64,000 nt of DNA from Patescibacteria group bacterium (GCA_038065395.1 JBBTRB010000003.1:85800-149799), one strand, 5' to 3'; shown: positions 1-9,964, numbered from the stretch's first letter. The notes: generated by a model not told the origin, from the sequence alone. A program made the numbers and translations.

Positions 1-319
1 GCTGATCTTCATGTATTTCATGTTCGAAGACTTTGATATATTTTTTGTGTATCCAGTTGTGATCATTGCTCCTAATTTCGGCAGTATCATGGAAAAGACT
101 CATCATCACGGTTTTGTATGGATCGGCCCCTTCTTCTTTTGCCAAAAACCAACTTATAACTGCTACTCGATAGGAATGAGAAGCGATATTATCTGACATA
201 TCATCCGTCAAAAGTGCCTGTCTATGCATTCGCATAAGTTTTCGCATCGTACCAACTTCATAGAGAAAATTGACGATTTTGTGCTCTTTCTTATTTTTCT
301 TTATCTTTTGAGATTTCAT
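1..319 (-). CDS. HD-domain phosphohydrolase (YfbR/HDDC2-like 5'-deoxynucleotidase family), truncated by window edge
   Basis: Manual translation MKSQKIKKNKKEHKIVNFLYEVGTMRKLMRMHRQ...DNIASHSYRVAVI...MSLFHDTAEIRSND; H...HD motif; not in ORF track because it runs off the edge. Confidence 0.75.
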   Translation of the reverse strand, partial: MKSQKIKKNKKEHKIVNFLYEVGTMRKLMRMHRQALLTDDMSDNIASHSYRVAVISWFLAKEEGADPYKTVMMSLFHDTAEIRSNDHNWIHKKYIKVFEHEIHEDQ

Positions 320-353
320 ATCCAATTTCAAATGACCTACTTTTTTATATCTG

Positions 354-425
354 TGCCCCCGCGTGGAATCGAACCACGAATTACGGCTTAGAAGTCCGCA
401 GTTATATCCATTTAACTACAGGGGC
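354..425 (-). tRNA. tRNA-Arg(UCU)
   Basis: Reverse complement GCCCCTGTAGTTAAATGGATATAAC...CTTCTAA...GGTTCGATTCC...GGGGGCA; anticodon TCT; no encoded CCA. Confidence 0.93.
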
Positions 426-474
426 AAAATGAGTAAAAAGTGCGAAGTCAAAAGTCAAAAGACTCATACATCCG

Positions 475-512
475 CACAATCACAGACTACCACGTACACC
501 TAAAAGCTCAAA
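475..512 (-). promoter_or_regulatory. Putative promoter of tRNA-Arg(UCU), homologous to 9981-10018
   Basis: Minus strand TTGAGC-16nt-TAGTCT with TGn extension; 34/38 identical to the segment upstream of tRNA-Arg(GCG). Confidence 0.55.
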
Positions 513-553
513 TGAGTAGGAAAAATGGAGCAAATGGAGATCGTGGACTAGCT

Positions 554-898
554 CTACAACGACGGATCACCAAATCCTCCATACCCCTTGATCAACACAG
601 CGCGCTCGGCAGCACGAGCAGAGAACCGTTCGATGATGCTCTGGAGTGTGGCTTCGTCGATCGTCTCTGGCTTCTTGGCAGTGTCGAGGTTGGATGCATC
701 GGAGAGACGATGTTCGCGTGTCATATAGGCATATCCACCCAAGGCAATGAGAGCGAGCGTGATCACAACCACCGTACCGAACATGCCACCCCAGTCCATA
801 TATGGATCACGACCGATACGGTGGAAGAACCCGCCACGCGTCGAGTTGAGCACTGCGCTGTTGGTACTATTCTTTTTGTGTGAGAAAAATGATTTCAT
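554..898 (-). CDS. Small single-TM membrane protein, last gene of pilM-N-O-like operon
   Basis: 114 aa, hydrophobic stretch VVVITLALIALGGYAY; co-directional with upstream pil genes. Confidence 0.7.
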   Translation of the reverse strand: MKSFFSHKKNSTNSAVLNSTRGGFFHRIGRDPYMDWGGMFGTVVVITLALIALGGYAYMTREHRLSDASNLDTAKKPETIDEATLQSIIERFSARAAERAVLIKGYGGFGDPSL

Positions 899-902
899 AT
901 GA

Positions 903-1469
903 TTATGGATTGCGCGCAGGTGAAGACGACGCTTTGGACAGGAGCACCTCTACGGTGAAGGTTGCTCTCCATGAGCGTCCTTTGGCCGGCTCGGCCGAAG
1001 AGTCCAGACGTGCATCGCGTATCGTCACTGCATACGGGAGATTCTCAGTCAATGACAGTGCTCTCATGACTCCCGTCCAAGTGCCCGTCACCTGGACACT
1101 GGCACGAGCAAGCCCGTATATACTCCCCTCTATTTCTCCCGGTGCAACATCACTCAACCCCGAAAGCGACACGACACTCCCTGACTGTGGCCCAAGAGCC
1201 TCGAGCGCCTCGATGAATTCAACCACACGATCTGCAGGGATCAGGAACTTCGCAAGCGCTTTGCGATCGTCGAGGGTGCGTGCATGCAAAGCCTTCACGT
1301 CTTCTTCACGGCCACTGTTGGCTCGCTCGAGAGCTACAATGTCACGCGCTGTTGCGGCACGTTGGATCGATACGGTGACTACGTAGTGCATATAGGCGTA
1401 CACACCGATCACCAAAGTGACTACCGATATCGCCAGGAACAATAGGAATAAGTGATGATTTTTCTTCAT
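903..1469 (-). CDS. PilO-like type IV pilus alignment protein
   Basis: N-terminal TM, coiled segment, C-terminal VTGTW...MRALSLTENLPY pattern; third gene after pilM. Confidence 0.6.
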   Translation of the reverse strand: MKKNHHLFLLFLAISVVTLVIGVYAYMHYVVTVSIQRAATARDIVALERANSGREEDVKALHARTLDDRKALAKFLIPADRVVEFIEALEALGPQSGSVVSLSGLSDVAPGEIEGSIYGLARASVQVTGTWTGVMRALSLTENLPYAVTIRDARLDSSAEPAKGRSWRATFTVEVLLSKASSSPARNP

Positions 1470-2008
1470 TTGAATGTTTGGGTGATCCTCATCGAGAATA
1501 CGAGGTCTTTACTCTTGGCCAAATCCGAGACTGGTAGTTCAACCGCACCGCCAGGGACGAGCTCTTCGAGGCGTGCCTTGAAGGCAAGGAGCGTGTCGCG
1601 GTTCGGTGCAACTCCTTGGATGATGACCTCGAGTGCATCAGGTACCGGACTATTGACCGAGATCGAGTTGAGCTTGACTGTCCCACGAACACCGACAACA
1701 CTCTGGATACTGACCGACGGACGTGGAGTCTTGGGTACCTGCGACAATGCATTGATCGTATGGTTGTCACGCTGGAAGTCGAGCTCGAGTGTCGTCACAC
1801 TGATGTCCTCTGCATCTTTCTTGATCGACTTCAACAACTCGAACTGAGTTTCTTCTTCATGAACCGCAAAGAGGAATGTTGGGAAGAGTGTCCCTACTCC
1901 GATCAATCCTGACACCGACACAAGGAAACAAAATACGATGAATACGCGGATGCGATACTCTCGCCTGAGGATGCTGCGCTCTTTACTTGGAAGGAGTGTG
2001 TGTTGCAT
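1466..2008 (-). CDS. PilN-like type IV pilus alignment protein
   Basis: N-terminal TLLP (INLLP-like PilM-binding motif), TM helix, IQGVAPNRDTLLAFKARLE; follows pilM. Confidence 0.65.
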   Translation of the reverse strand: MQHTLLPSKERSILRREYRIRVFIVFCFLVSVSGLIGVGTLFPTFLFAVHEEETQFELLKSIKKDAEDISVTTLELDFQRDNHTINALSQVPKTPRPSVSIQSVVGVRGTVKLNSISVNSPVPDALEVIIQGVAPNRDTLLAFKARLEELVPGGAVELPVSDLAKSKDLVFSMRITQTFK

Positions 2009-2011
2009 ATA

Positions 2012-2986
2012 TTAATGATCCATCGCCAGTCCCGCCGCGACCACGTAGGCCAGAGAATCATTCTTGGAGATCGGTGGTACATAGTGGTTGAGGTCGAGCG
2101 TATTTTGCCAGGTATTGGCGACGCCGATAGGGACTCGGATATCTTGAGAAGCATCGATCAGGGCATGTTCATGCTCCACGGCATCTTGGCCCACCAAGAC
2201 GATCCTACTGATCGACGACGTATTGCCCTCTCGAGAACCCCAGTAGGAATACACACGAGCGATCTCTCGCGACAAGAGGTCGGTATATGACGGATGACCT
2301 TCTTCGACCTGTATACGACTGCCGAGTCCGATCGTCGAAGTGAACGACACCACTCCCCCAGAGACGATATATATACCCGTCTTACGATTCATCATGTGCA
2401 AGATGAGGAGTGTTTCTTCCGAATGTGGAGGCACGATCGCACGTGCGATCGCTTTGGGAACAACTTCGAACGAGACTGGGAACAAGTTGGCCTTGGAGAG
2501 GAGTTCGATATGATGTTCGATATATGTACGAGGTACGACCGAGACACTAGCACGCAATACTCCACCGGTGACCGACATTGGCAAGAGATCGTAGTAGAAG
2601 ACTGCATCTGCCGCCGCCAAAGGTACGTTTTCTTCTAGTTTGAATTCGATATTCTGACGAATCTCATTGATCGTTCCTCCGGGCACATTGGTCTGGAAGA
2701 GGTAGGCTTTTTCTTCAGGGATAGAGACTTTCACATACGAGAGTCCGGCTTTCTTGCCAAAATCGACCAGAAGGTCGGTGAACTTTTGAGTGTCTTTGAT
2801 GTCGCCATCTTGGATGACATTCTCTGGTACTGATAGTGCCGAGAATGTGCCGATGATCTCTTTGCCGCCCGCAGAATGCGCGTACTTGAGACAATGGATC
2901 TCGTCATCAGAAATATCGAGACCAGCATGCCTCATCACCAGGAACTTTGGTGGCGGGAACAGGCGAAAGAACGTCGACATATGCAT
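2012..2986 (-). CDS. pilM: Type IV pilus assembly protein PilM (actin-like fold)
   Basis: AGLDISD N-terminal motif, IQDGDI, C-terminal YVVAAGLA. Confidence 0.8.
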   Translation of the reverse strand: MHMSTFFRLFPPPKFLVMRHAGLDISDDEIHCLKYAHSAGGKEIIGTFSALSVPENVIQDGDIKDTQKFTDLLVDFGKKAGLSYVKVSIPEEKAYLFQTNVPGGTINEIRQNIEFKLEENVPLAAADAVFYYDLLPMSVTGGVLRASVSVVPRTYIEHHIELLSKANLFPVSFEVVPKAIARAIVPPHSEETLLILHMMNRKTGIYIVSGGVVSFTSTIGLGSRIQVEEGHPSYTDLLSREIARVYSYWGSREGNTSSISRIVLVGQDAVEHEHALIDASQDIRVPIGVANTWQNTLDLNHYVPPISKNDSLAYVVAAGLAMDH

Positions 2987-3014
2987 GCGTACAAGTATAG
3001 CAAATAAATTCTGC

Positions 3015-3656
3015 TTAGTTTTCCCGAGGAGAGGAAAATGAACTCATCAACTCCTTCCTGTTGCGCCATATTTCACGAAGTGCTGGAAAGGACGAGACCG
3101 CGATGATCACGAGTACGACAGGGATAATATATCTGTCCGGATTGGGTATGAGCGATCCGAGTCCATAGCCGAGCCAGACCATCCCCCATGTCCACAGAAG
3201 TCCACCGATAACATTGAAAGCCAAGAATGTGCGGTAGTTCATGTTCCCTATTCCTGCCACAACCGGTGCGAAGGTACGGATGATCGGCATGAAACGTGCC
3301 AGGATGATCGTCTTCTTGCCATGCTTCTCATAGAACTGTTGTGCACGAGCGATATGTTTCTTGTTAAAAAAGAGAGAATCTTCCCGAGTAAAAATCGCGG
3401 GGCCGATCTTGCGTCCGATATGATATCCGACCGTGTCACCGACGACTGCCGCCAAGAATGTCCCGATGAGCAATCCCCACAGCGACACATAGCCTTGTGA
3501 TGCAAAGAATCCCGCCGTGAAAAGCAACGAATCTCCCGGCAAGAAAAACCCGATGAGAAGTCCCGTCTCGGTAAAGATGATGCCGATGACTCCGAGCGTC
3601 CCTACCGTAGAGATGATCGTGCTCGGATCGAGAAATGTGTGGAGGAAGTCGAACAT
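3015..3656 (-). CDS. dedA: DedA/VTT family membrane protein
   Basis: FTETGLLIGFFLPGDSLLFTAG and ARFMPIIRTFAP motifs. Confidence 0.93.
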   Translation of the reverse strand: MFDFLHTFLDPSTIISTVGTLGVIGIIFTETGLLIGFFLPGDSLLFTAGFFASQGYVSLWGLLIGTFLAAVVGDTVGYHIGRKIGPAIFTREDSLFFNKKHIARAQQFYEKHGKKTIILARFMPIIRTFAPVVAGIGNMNYRTFLAFNVIGGLLWTWGMVWLGYGLGSLIPNPDRYIIPVVLVIIAVSSFPALREIWRNRKELMSSFSSPREN

Positions 3657-3659
3657 ATA

Positions 3660-4031
3660 TTATCCAGCCTGTGTGCCGGGAGGGATATCGCCATGCGGTT
3701 CGAGTAGTGAAAAAGCTCCCGCTTCTGTAGACACAGCGAAGATCATACCCTGACTCTCGAAGCCACGGATCGTGCGTGGTTCGAGGTTGGTGACGAACAT
3801 ACAGGTCTTGCCTGCAAGGATGGTGATATCAGGAAAATAGAGTGCAATCCCTGAAATGATCTGCCGAGGCTTCAAGACGACTTCCTTGGTTCCATCAGGT
3901 AGCAGGTTCTCGATCTTCTCGCCGAAGTCCACGGATAATTTCAAGAGTTTATCCGTGTCAGGAACTTTCTCAACAGAAAGGATCTTGCCTGCGCGTATTT
4001 CGACCTTTTTGAATTCATCGTAAGTGATCAT
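3660..4031 (-). CDS. Stand-alone tRNA-binding OB-fold protein (MetRS C-terminal/CsaA/Trbp111-like)
   Basis: ITYDEFKKVEIRAGKI...DKLLKLSVDFG...RQIISGI...NLEPRTIRGFESQGM; start set at the ATG 6 nt after a TATAAT. Confidence 0.88.
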   Translation of the reverse strand: MITYDEFKKVEIRAGKILSVEKVPDTDKLLKLSVDFGEKIENLLPDGTKEVVLKPRQIISGIALYFPDITILAGKTCMFVTNLEPRTIRGFESQGMIFAVSTEAGAFSLLEPHGDIPPGTQAG

Positions 4032-4118
4032 GGGTGGATTATACATGAGAAACGTAACTAGTAAAAAGTAACTCGAAAGATGCTTGTGATTTTCTAGTTA
4101 CGAGTTACTTATTACCTG

Positions 4119-4493
4119 TTACTTCTTGTCCAAATAACTCTGTAGTATCAACGCCGCAGCCGATGCATCCGTGAGCTCAGTCTTCCCCTGGAATCGTTCA
4201 GCTTGCACACTGGTCATGAACTCTGGTTCCCAGTGAACAACGAATCCTACCACCTCGAGACTCTTCTTGAGCTCAGTTGCCGCCGGCAAGATGGCATTTG
4301 CCCCGCCTTTGTAGTTTCGCGACTCCCCTATCACGATCTCTGTGACACCATTCTTCTCTGCAATCTCCTGTATTTCTGAAATAAGTTTCGCAGAAGTCGC
4401 GATCACGACTGCAGGAAATGCAAACTTCGCTTCTTCATCCGAAAGCGCGATACCGACTCTTTTGGTGCCATAGTCTATGCCGAGGAGTTTCAT
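4119..4493 (-). CDS. ruvX: Holliday junction resolvase-like / pre-16S rRNA nuclease RuvX (YqgF)
   Basis: LGIDYGTKRVGIALSD...EFMTS...DASAAALILQSYLD. Confidence 0.92.
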   Translation of the reverse strand: MKLLGIDYGTKRVGIALSDEEAKFAFPAVVIATSAKLISEIQEIAEKNGVTEIVIGESRNYKGGANAILPAATELKKSLEVVGFVVHWEPEFMTSVQAERFQGKTELTDASAAALILQSYLDKK

Positions 4494-4573
4494 AACAGAA
4501 CATTAACACGGTGCATATACTCTGACCAATTGCGAAACCATGACTTTTGCTTTATGATGGCAAAACACTCTTA

Positions 4574-4660
4574 GGATGGGTGGCTGAGCGGTTTAAGGCA
4601 ACAGTCTTGAAAACTGTCGTCCTCGCAAGGGGACCGTGAGTTCGAATCTCACCCCATCCG
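4574..4660 (+). tRNA. tRNA-Ser(UGA)
   Basis: GGATGGGTGGCTGAGCGGTTTAAGGC...CTTGAAA...long variable arm...GAGTTCGAATCTCACCCCATCCG. Confidence 0.95.
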
Positions 4661-4680
4661 CAGATTATATAAAAGAAAAT

Positions 4681-4703
4681 CCTCTCGACATTACATCGAG
4701 AGG
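4681..4703. terminator. Hairpin between convergent tRNA-Ser and 4732..5391
   Basis: CCTCTCGA-cattaca-TCGAGAGG, preceded by an A-run on + (U-run on -). Confidence 0.55.
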
Positions 4704-4731
4704 ACGAGATTACATGCAATCTCGAAAGTGA

Positions 4732-5391
4732 CTAGGATTTTGCAGTGGCTTTGAGTTCGGCAGCGTTCATCTGATCACGAACGCTCTGAAGCATCGACTT
4801 CCGATCGAACGACAGATCGATCTCATGAGCTCTGCCTGTAGCATTGTTCATCCGATCGCGAGCCTTCCTGATATGATCAGAAATGTTGAAATCAAACCTG
4901 ACAACACCCTTATCCTTGAGTTGCTGGAGAAACTCATCCCCGACGATTATCTGTCTGGCAAGATCACGCACATTTTCTTCAGCCAATTCTTTGGTGAGAA
5001 ACGAATCATCTCCATCGTACGACCGGAAGAGGTTGATGAGTTTCTTGAATTCATCCAACTGGGATTGAGCATCTTGGGAAGCAGTATGATACTTATCAAC
5101 CTGCCTACTAATCCATAAAATGATTCCAACGACGCTGATGCCGTATAACGCATGAATGATTCCAAACTCATATCCTGAGGGCGTGTACCTCAGAAGCACT
5201 ACGTTCAAGATGACGAGACCGGCAAGACCCAAGAGTATACTTATCGGGCAAAGGAAGTAAAACCTGTTACACTTGAGTCGATTTTCCTGATACACCCGCC
5301 CCACTTGCAACAGATTAACCCCGCTCTTCTTTTGATACGCATCGACCAACTCGGTAGACACACGACTGAGCATGTATTCGTTCTTATTCAT
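4732..5391 (-). CDS. Hypothetical membrane protein (2 TM)
   Basis: 219 aa ORF with two hydrophobic segments; no recognisable motif. Confidence 0.65.
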   Translation of the reverse strand: MNKNEYMLSRVSTELVDAYQKKSGVNLLQVGRVYQENRLKCNRFYFLCPISILLGLAGLVILNVVLLRYTPSGYEFGIIHALYGISVVGIILWISRQVDKYHTASQDAQSQLDEFKKLINLFRSYDGDDSFLTKELAEENVRDLARQIIVGDEFLQQLKDKGVVRFDFNISDHIRKARDRMNNATGRAHEIDLSFDRKSMLQSVRDQMNAAELKATAKS

Positions 5392-5639
5392 TTTTCAATG
5401 CCTTTTTGAGGACCAAGGGGGTTCAATCCCATTTGTATGGATTTCGGCCCATACAAATACTTCTTGTATCCCGAACAGTTCGGCAGCTATTCTGTGTATA
5501 TTATAGCACACTGTATCCATACCTGTCAAATATATAAAGGCCTTAGCCTTGCAATTCAAATGACGAGGTCCGACCTTACCGAGGAACAATTCACATATCG
5601 ACACACACGCTCATCCTGCCAATGCTATACTTATCCCAT

Positions 5640-6098
5640 ATGGAACCACTCATCTCCTGGCACGCACCTACCCACATCCACAGAGAGAAGCGCTCCGACT
5701 GGTATTGGGTCGTCGGTATCATCACACTGGCACTGGCGGCAGTGGCCTTTATGTTCGGCGAGGTTATCACCGGCATATTCGTGATCGTAGCGGCAGTTGC
5801 ACTGATCCTCCACGCCTCTCACCCACCACACACCGTCTCCTATCACATCAACGACCGTGGGATCCTGGCCAACGACACTCTCTATCCATTCCTGACACTA
5901 GAGTCGTTCTGTATCCCTCATGACCATGTGCCACCGAGATTGATCATCAAGTCACGCAAAGTATTCATGCCACTGATCGTCATATACATAGACGACGTCG
6001 AACCTGAAGAAGTCCGTCGCACACTCCTACGCTACATCGCCGAGACTGAACATCGTGAACCGATCCTGAAGTTGCTGTTGGAGAGGCTTGGGTTTTAA
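5640..6098 (+). CDS. Conserved hypothetical 2-TM protein
   Basis: ISWHAP...EKRSDWYW then two TM segments; TATACT just upstream of the ATG. Confidence 0.75.
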   Translation: MEPLISWHAPTHIHREKRSDWYWVVGIITLALAAVAFMFGEVITGIFVIVAAVALILHASHPPHTVSYHINDRGILANDTLYPFLTLESFCIPHDHVPPRLIIKSRKVFMPLIVIYIDDVEPEEVRRTLLRYIAETEHREPILKLLLERLGF

Positions 6099-6099
6099 A

Positions 6100-7119
6100 C
6101 TATTCGTTATTCTTAAGGATCTTTTTCACCTCCCTGTCGAAATCTGATTCGATCTTTTGATGTTTATTGAACTCTTTGTATTCCTCGATCGCTTTGGTAT
6201 CTGCATCCACCTTTGAGATCTGTCCTTTGCCAGCGAGGATTTTGTATTCGTTAAATGTCAGGAATTTATCGACACTCCCGGCGAACTCCTTCATGGTAAA
6301 CGTATTGTTACGTGCAATAAGACCTTCGATATAATCAAAAAAGCCTGTAACCGTCCGCTCGAGCTGTTTGATCTCGGATACTCCCAAATAATTCTTGGCG
6401 ATCGTCACGTCAGACTGCAACACTCTACCCTCCGGAGAGTTTTTCCATGTTGTAAGACCCATGTGTGGTGATCGTGCATTTGCCTTGGCGTGAATGATTT
6501 CCGGGCCAGTCTTGCCTGTTATAGCGAAGTGAAATTTGTTTTGTACCATGGCATAAAAATCCTGACTGACGGATGACTCGCGATCGTAGTCGATGCTACA
6601 TTCTGCAAAAATATCGGTGATCTGTTGGTACACTCGCCGTTCGCTCGCACGGATGGAACGTACACGCTCCAAAAGTTCTCGGAAATAATCCACGCTGAAT
6701 AGTTTTTTACCCTGTTTGAGCCTCTCATCGTCCAGTGCGAATCCTTTGATGATAAATTCTCGCAACACCTGGGTTGCCCATATACGAAACTGTGTGGCTC
6801 TTTTAGAGTTTACTCTGTAGCCTACGGCAATGACGGCATCGAGGTTGTAGTGTTGGGTATCGTACGATTTACCGTCATCTGCAGTTATCCGGAAAATCCG
6901 GACAACTGAATCTTCGCTCAATTCACTGCTTCTAAAGATGTTTTGAAGGTGTTCGCTGATCGTGCGCGTGTTGGCATCAAAAAGTTCGGCCATAAGCTTC
7001 TGAGTGAGCCAGACCATCTCTCCTTCTACACGAACCTCGATCTTGGGATTACCAGCCCCGGCAGTAAAGATCAGGAATTCGGCGGTGGTATTTCTTTGTA
7101 GGCCTTTATCATTCTTCAT
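6100..7119 (-). CDS. RhuM (virulence RhuM family) DNA-binding protein
   Basis: VWLTQKLMAELF, YNLDAVIAVGYRVNSKRATQFRIWAT, IRASERR, VQNKFHFAITG. Confidence 0.9.
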   Translation of the reverse strand: MKNDKGLQRNTTAEFLIFTAGAGNPKIEVRVEGEMVWLTQKLMAELFDANTRTISEHLQNIFRSSELSEDSVVRIFRITADDGKSYDTQHYNLDAVIAVGYRVNSKRATQFRIWATQVLREFIIKGFALDDERLKQGKKLFSVDYFRELLERVRSIRASERRVYQQITDIFAECSIDYDRESSVSQDFYAMVQNKFHFAITGKTGPEIIHAKANARSPHMGLTTWKNSPEGRVLQSDVTIAKNYLGVSEIKQLERTVTGFFDYIEGLIARNNTFTMKEFAGSVDKFLTFNEYKILAGKGQISKVDADTKAIEEYKEFNKHQKIESDFDREVKKILKNNE

Positions 7120-7254
7120 ACAAAGACTATTATACCACGCGACTCAAAATACTCAGGGCTTTCTCGGTGACATTGGTCGGAGAAGTTTGGGTTTTAAATA
7201 AAAATTCGGCCACCAGTTGCTTGGTGACCGATTATCTTTAGTGAGAAGAGCACC

Positions 7255-7515
7255 CTAATCAGGATGGGCCTTGCAATAAGGTTCATCCCAATCCTCTGGG
7301 CCACCTCCTCCTGACGCTTGACGATAGTGGTCAAAATTCAAAAAACGGATCTCTTTATCCTCTTTCGGAATTATATTTTCCGAATTTGCCACGATCATTG
7401 TTGAGCCTTCGGGTATCTTCGAGCCACAACAATTGCACTTTTTGTCATCACCGACCACCGTTTTCTCGAAATAGAAACCTATTTCTCTTTTCTCAAATCT
7501 TTTAACATCTGACAT
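7255..7515 (-). CDS. Small hypothetical protein with CxxC-like Cys cluster
   Basis: 86 aa, KCNCCGSKIP; upstream TTGACA promoter-like element; hairpin at 7206-7231 downstream. Confidence 0.55.
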   Translation of the reverse strand: MSDVKRFEKREIGFYFEKTVVGDDKKCNCCGSKIPEGSTMIVANSENIIPKEDKEIRFLNFDHYRQASGGGGPEDWDEPYCKAHPD

Positions 7516-7642
7516 ATCCTGAGTTTGGTGAATTGTTTCAGGTCACCACGGCCTCCTTTCAAGAGCCAGCCTTATTTTTCAAAAACTGTTCTCAGTTAAA
7601 CATAATAGAGGTGTCTTGTCAAAAATCAAGGAATCAGTACCT

Positions 7643-8650
7643 TTATACGGGCAACATATCCCGCACCCCCTCCGCATTTAGTGTATACGCCCTGACGAAT
7701 GAGTCGTCTACATGAGCATACAGTACACCTTCGTCTTTCGTCGTCTGTACGAATTGACTTGCGAAAGTTATCGTCCGAGCTTCTGTATCACGGATGAATG
7801 GTTCGGGAGAGACCCATTCTATGATTCCCTTCTCGTAGTTGTATATAAAAAGTCCTACAGAAAATATTCCGTATAAGGTCTGTGTGCCAACCTTCTTGTT
7901 CGCTTCTCGTCCATTCATAATACCCACAAGTCTCCCCTCTCCGATATCGATGAACTCCCTAGAGAAAAGTGGTCCTGGAGATGCATGTCCCCCGATCCAC
8001 GGGATAGCGTGTTCTTTGGGATGGAAAAGTATGCCACCGAACTTCCACGGTTTCCCCATATCTTCGGCAACGGCAAGTCTCACTACAGAATACGTAAAGT
8101 CACTTTCCTTCTTGCTGGATTCGACCAGGTTGAGACGAATACCATTCGTATTCACCGGAGCAACCGACAACTCTTTGGCACCTCCGATAGAATCTGCAAG
8201 GAGTGTGGGCTCGGTCATCTCGAGCGAATCCAGATCTCTCCCAACCGCATGACCGAGATGGATCTTGTTCTTGCTGTGATGTGCATGGTCGATCAGTGGC
8301 AAGGTGAAGTAGAGATGCAAAAAGCCACTAGCATGATCGACCCATATATCCGGATCTTCCAGACCGATGAAGTCGAGGTTACCCTTGAGACTCTCAGTCA
8401 CTTCGGCTTCGTGTTTGATCTCGAGTCTCTCTCCTATCTCGAAACTTCCCTGAGCGTTCTTCTTGATCTTATGGAGCTCGCTCCTGTCGACATATCCACT
8501 GACTGACACATCACCTTCTCTACTGGTAATGCAACGGATCACACCTTCCTGATGATCTGTTCGTGGATCGAGTGCGATGGCCATGACATGAGTGAAGGTC
8601 GAGTCTGTCTGCACTACTTTGCCTTCGTGTTGGATGTAGGGAGTGTTCAT
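7643..8650 (-). CDS. Putative beta-propeller glycoside hydrolase/phosphorylase (GH130/GH43-like)
   Basis: GLEDPDIW...LHLYFT, ITFAS...VLYAHVDDSFV; ATGA overlap with upstream MFS gene. Confidence 0.55.
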   Translation of the reverse strand: MNTPYIQHEGKVVQTDSTFTHVMAIALDPRTDHQEGVIRCITSREGDVSVSGYVDRSELHKIKKNAQGSFEIGERLEIKHEAEVTESLKGNLDFIGLEDPDIWVDHASGFLHLYFTLPLIDHAHHSKNKIHLGHAVGRDLDSLEMTEPTLLADSIGGAKELSVAPVNTNGIRLNLVESSKKESDFTYSVVRLAVAEDMGKPWKFGGILFHPKEHAIPWIGGHASPGPLFSREFIDIGEGRLVGIMNGREANKKVGTQTLYGIFSVGLFIYNYEKGIIEWVSPEPFIRDTEARTITFASQFVQTTKDEGVLYAHVDDSFVRAYTLNAEGVRDMLPV

Positions 8651-9858
8651 TTTTTTATTTTATTCAAGACAAAGATACTTACAACCAAGAGTACCGCGAG
8701 TGATATTATTCCTGATTGGTACCCTCGAGCCCCTTCCCCCATAGCGATGAGGGCGACACTCCACACCATCGGTCCGATAAGTGTGGCGAATCGTTCGGCG
8801 ACGACATAATAACTATACGAGGAAGCAGTCAGGTGCTGAGGAGAAAGTTCTCCTACGAGCGAGCGACTTATCGCCCACACGGGACCATATAATATTCCTG
8901 CGAAAAGAAAGAGTGGTACCAATAGTTTGAAGTTCGTAATAAGTACCATACACAGGAAGATGAGACACCAGACACTGAGAATTAGTTTCAATGTTTTGAG
9001 ATTCCCTTTCTTGTCTGCGATCTTGCCAAATACAAGTGCTCCAAGTGCAGCCAAAACGAGGATGGATGCCGATAAGATCGATTTGGTCGTATCAGTAACT
9101 CCGTGAACCACTTCCAGATAGAGTGGAAAATTATTGGAAAATGTCAGTAGCGCATCACTGAACAAGAAATATCCGATGAAAAATAGTGCGAGTGCCTTGT
9201 GAGAAAATACTTCTTTGAACAGAAGAAAGATATTGGACGAATTGCCGATCTTGGAAGTCCTTGCGGAAATTTTATCTTCTCTGTAAGAAATGAGCATCGG
9301 CAATGACAACAACCCGAAAACGAGTGTGGCTGGGAGAAGAGCCTGTGCCCTTCCCGGGTCACCGAACAGTGTGATCCCATTTGCAAATGGCAACGCAATC
9401 AATATTCCGAAAACTTGTCCGATGGAATTGGCACCTTGACCAATACCTGATTTCCAGGATCGATCACTACCGTCCGATAAGTCGTTCAGCATTGGTGTGA
9501 AGTACAAAAAGCAGACGAGATACGCATATGTAGAAAGCGTATACAAAACCGTGACCAGAATCTCGGCATCACCAGAAAGCATGACAAGGAGAGATACTAC
9601 GACATAACCAATGAATGCGAGGAGTGACCAGAATCTAAGACCTTTTATTTTTGACTTGCCCGCATCAATCCTCTTGCTCACGATAGGAGCCGTAATAATG
9701 AAAAGTGCCGACGAAATGATGAGTGCCAGGTTATACCACCATGCCGGCTTCCCTTGATCAATCACCAACCACTGAGAAAAGTAAAAGAGGAAAGCTATCA
9801 AAACGATCGAATTTGCAAAATCATAGAGAGACCACAAAAATAGGTTCTTTTTGTTCAT
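8647..9858 (-). CDS. MFS transporter (UMF1/ATG22-like family)
   Basis: WSLYDFANS start motif, ~12 TM; start moved to MNKKNL because the longer ORF overlaps a tRNA. Confidence 0.88.
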   Translation of the reverse strand: MNKKNLFLWSLYDFANSIVLIAFLFYFSQWLVIDQGKPAWWYNLALIISSALFIITAPIVSKRIDAGKSKIKGLRFWSLLAFIGYVVVSLLVMLSGDAEILVTVLYTLSTYAYLVCFLYFTPMLNDLSDGSDRSWKSGIGQGANSIGQVFGILIALPFANGITLFGDPGRAQALLPATLVFGLLSLPMLISYREDKISARTSKIGNSSNIFLLFKEVFSHKALALFFIGYFLFSDALLTFSNNFPLYLEVVHGVTDTTKSILSASILVLAALGALVFGKIADKKGNLKTLKLILSVWCLIFLCMVLITNFKLLVPLFLFAGILYGPVWAISRSLVGELSPQHLTASSYSYYVVAERFATLIGPMVWSVALIAMGEGARGYQSGIISLAVLLVVSIFVLNKIKK

Positions 9859-9892
9859 GGGATGAATTATATCATTCCCTTGCCCCTTTTTG

Positions 9893-9964
9893 TGCCCTCG
9901 GTAGGAATCGAACCTACATTGCAGGATCCGCAATCCTGCGTCCTATCCATTGAACGACGAGGGC
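9893..9964 (-). tRNA. tRNA-Arg(GCG)
   Basis: Reverse complement GCCCTCGTCGTTCAATGGATAGGAC GCAGGA TTGCGGA TCCTGC AATGTAGGTTCGATTCCTACCGAGGGCA; anticodon GCG. Confidence 0.92.

Noticed and set aside
9859-9933. N-terminal extension of the MFS ORF given in the ORF track
   Set aside because: Overlaps the tRNA-Arg(GCG) gene; family motif begins at MNKKNL (9858).
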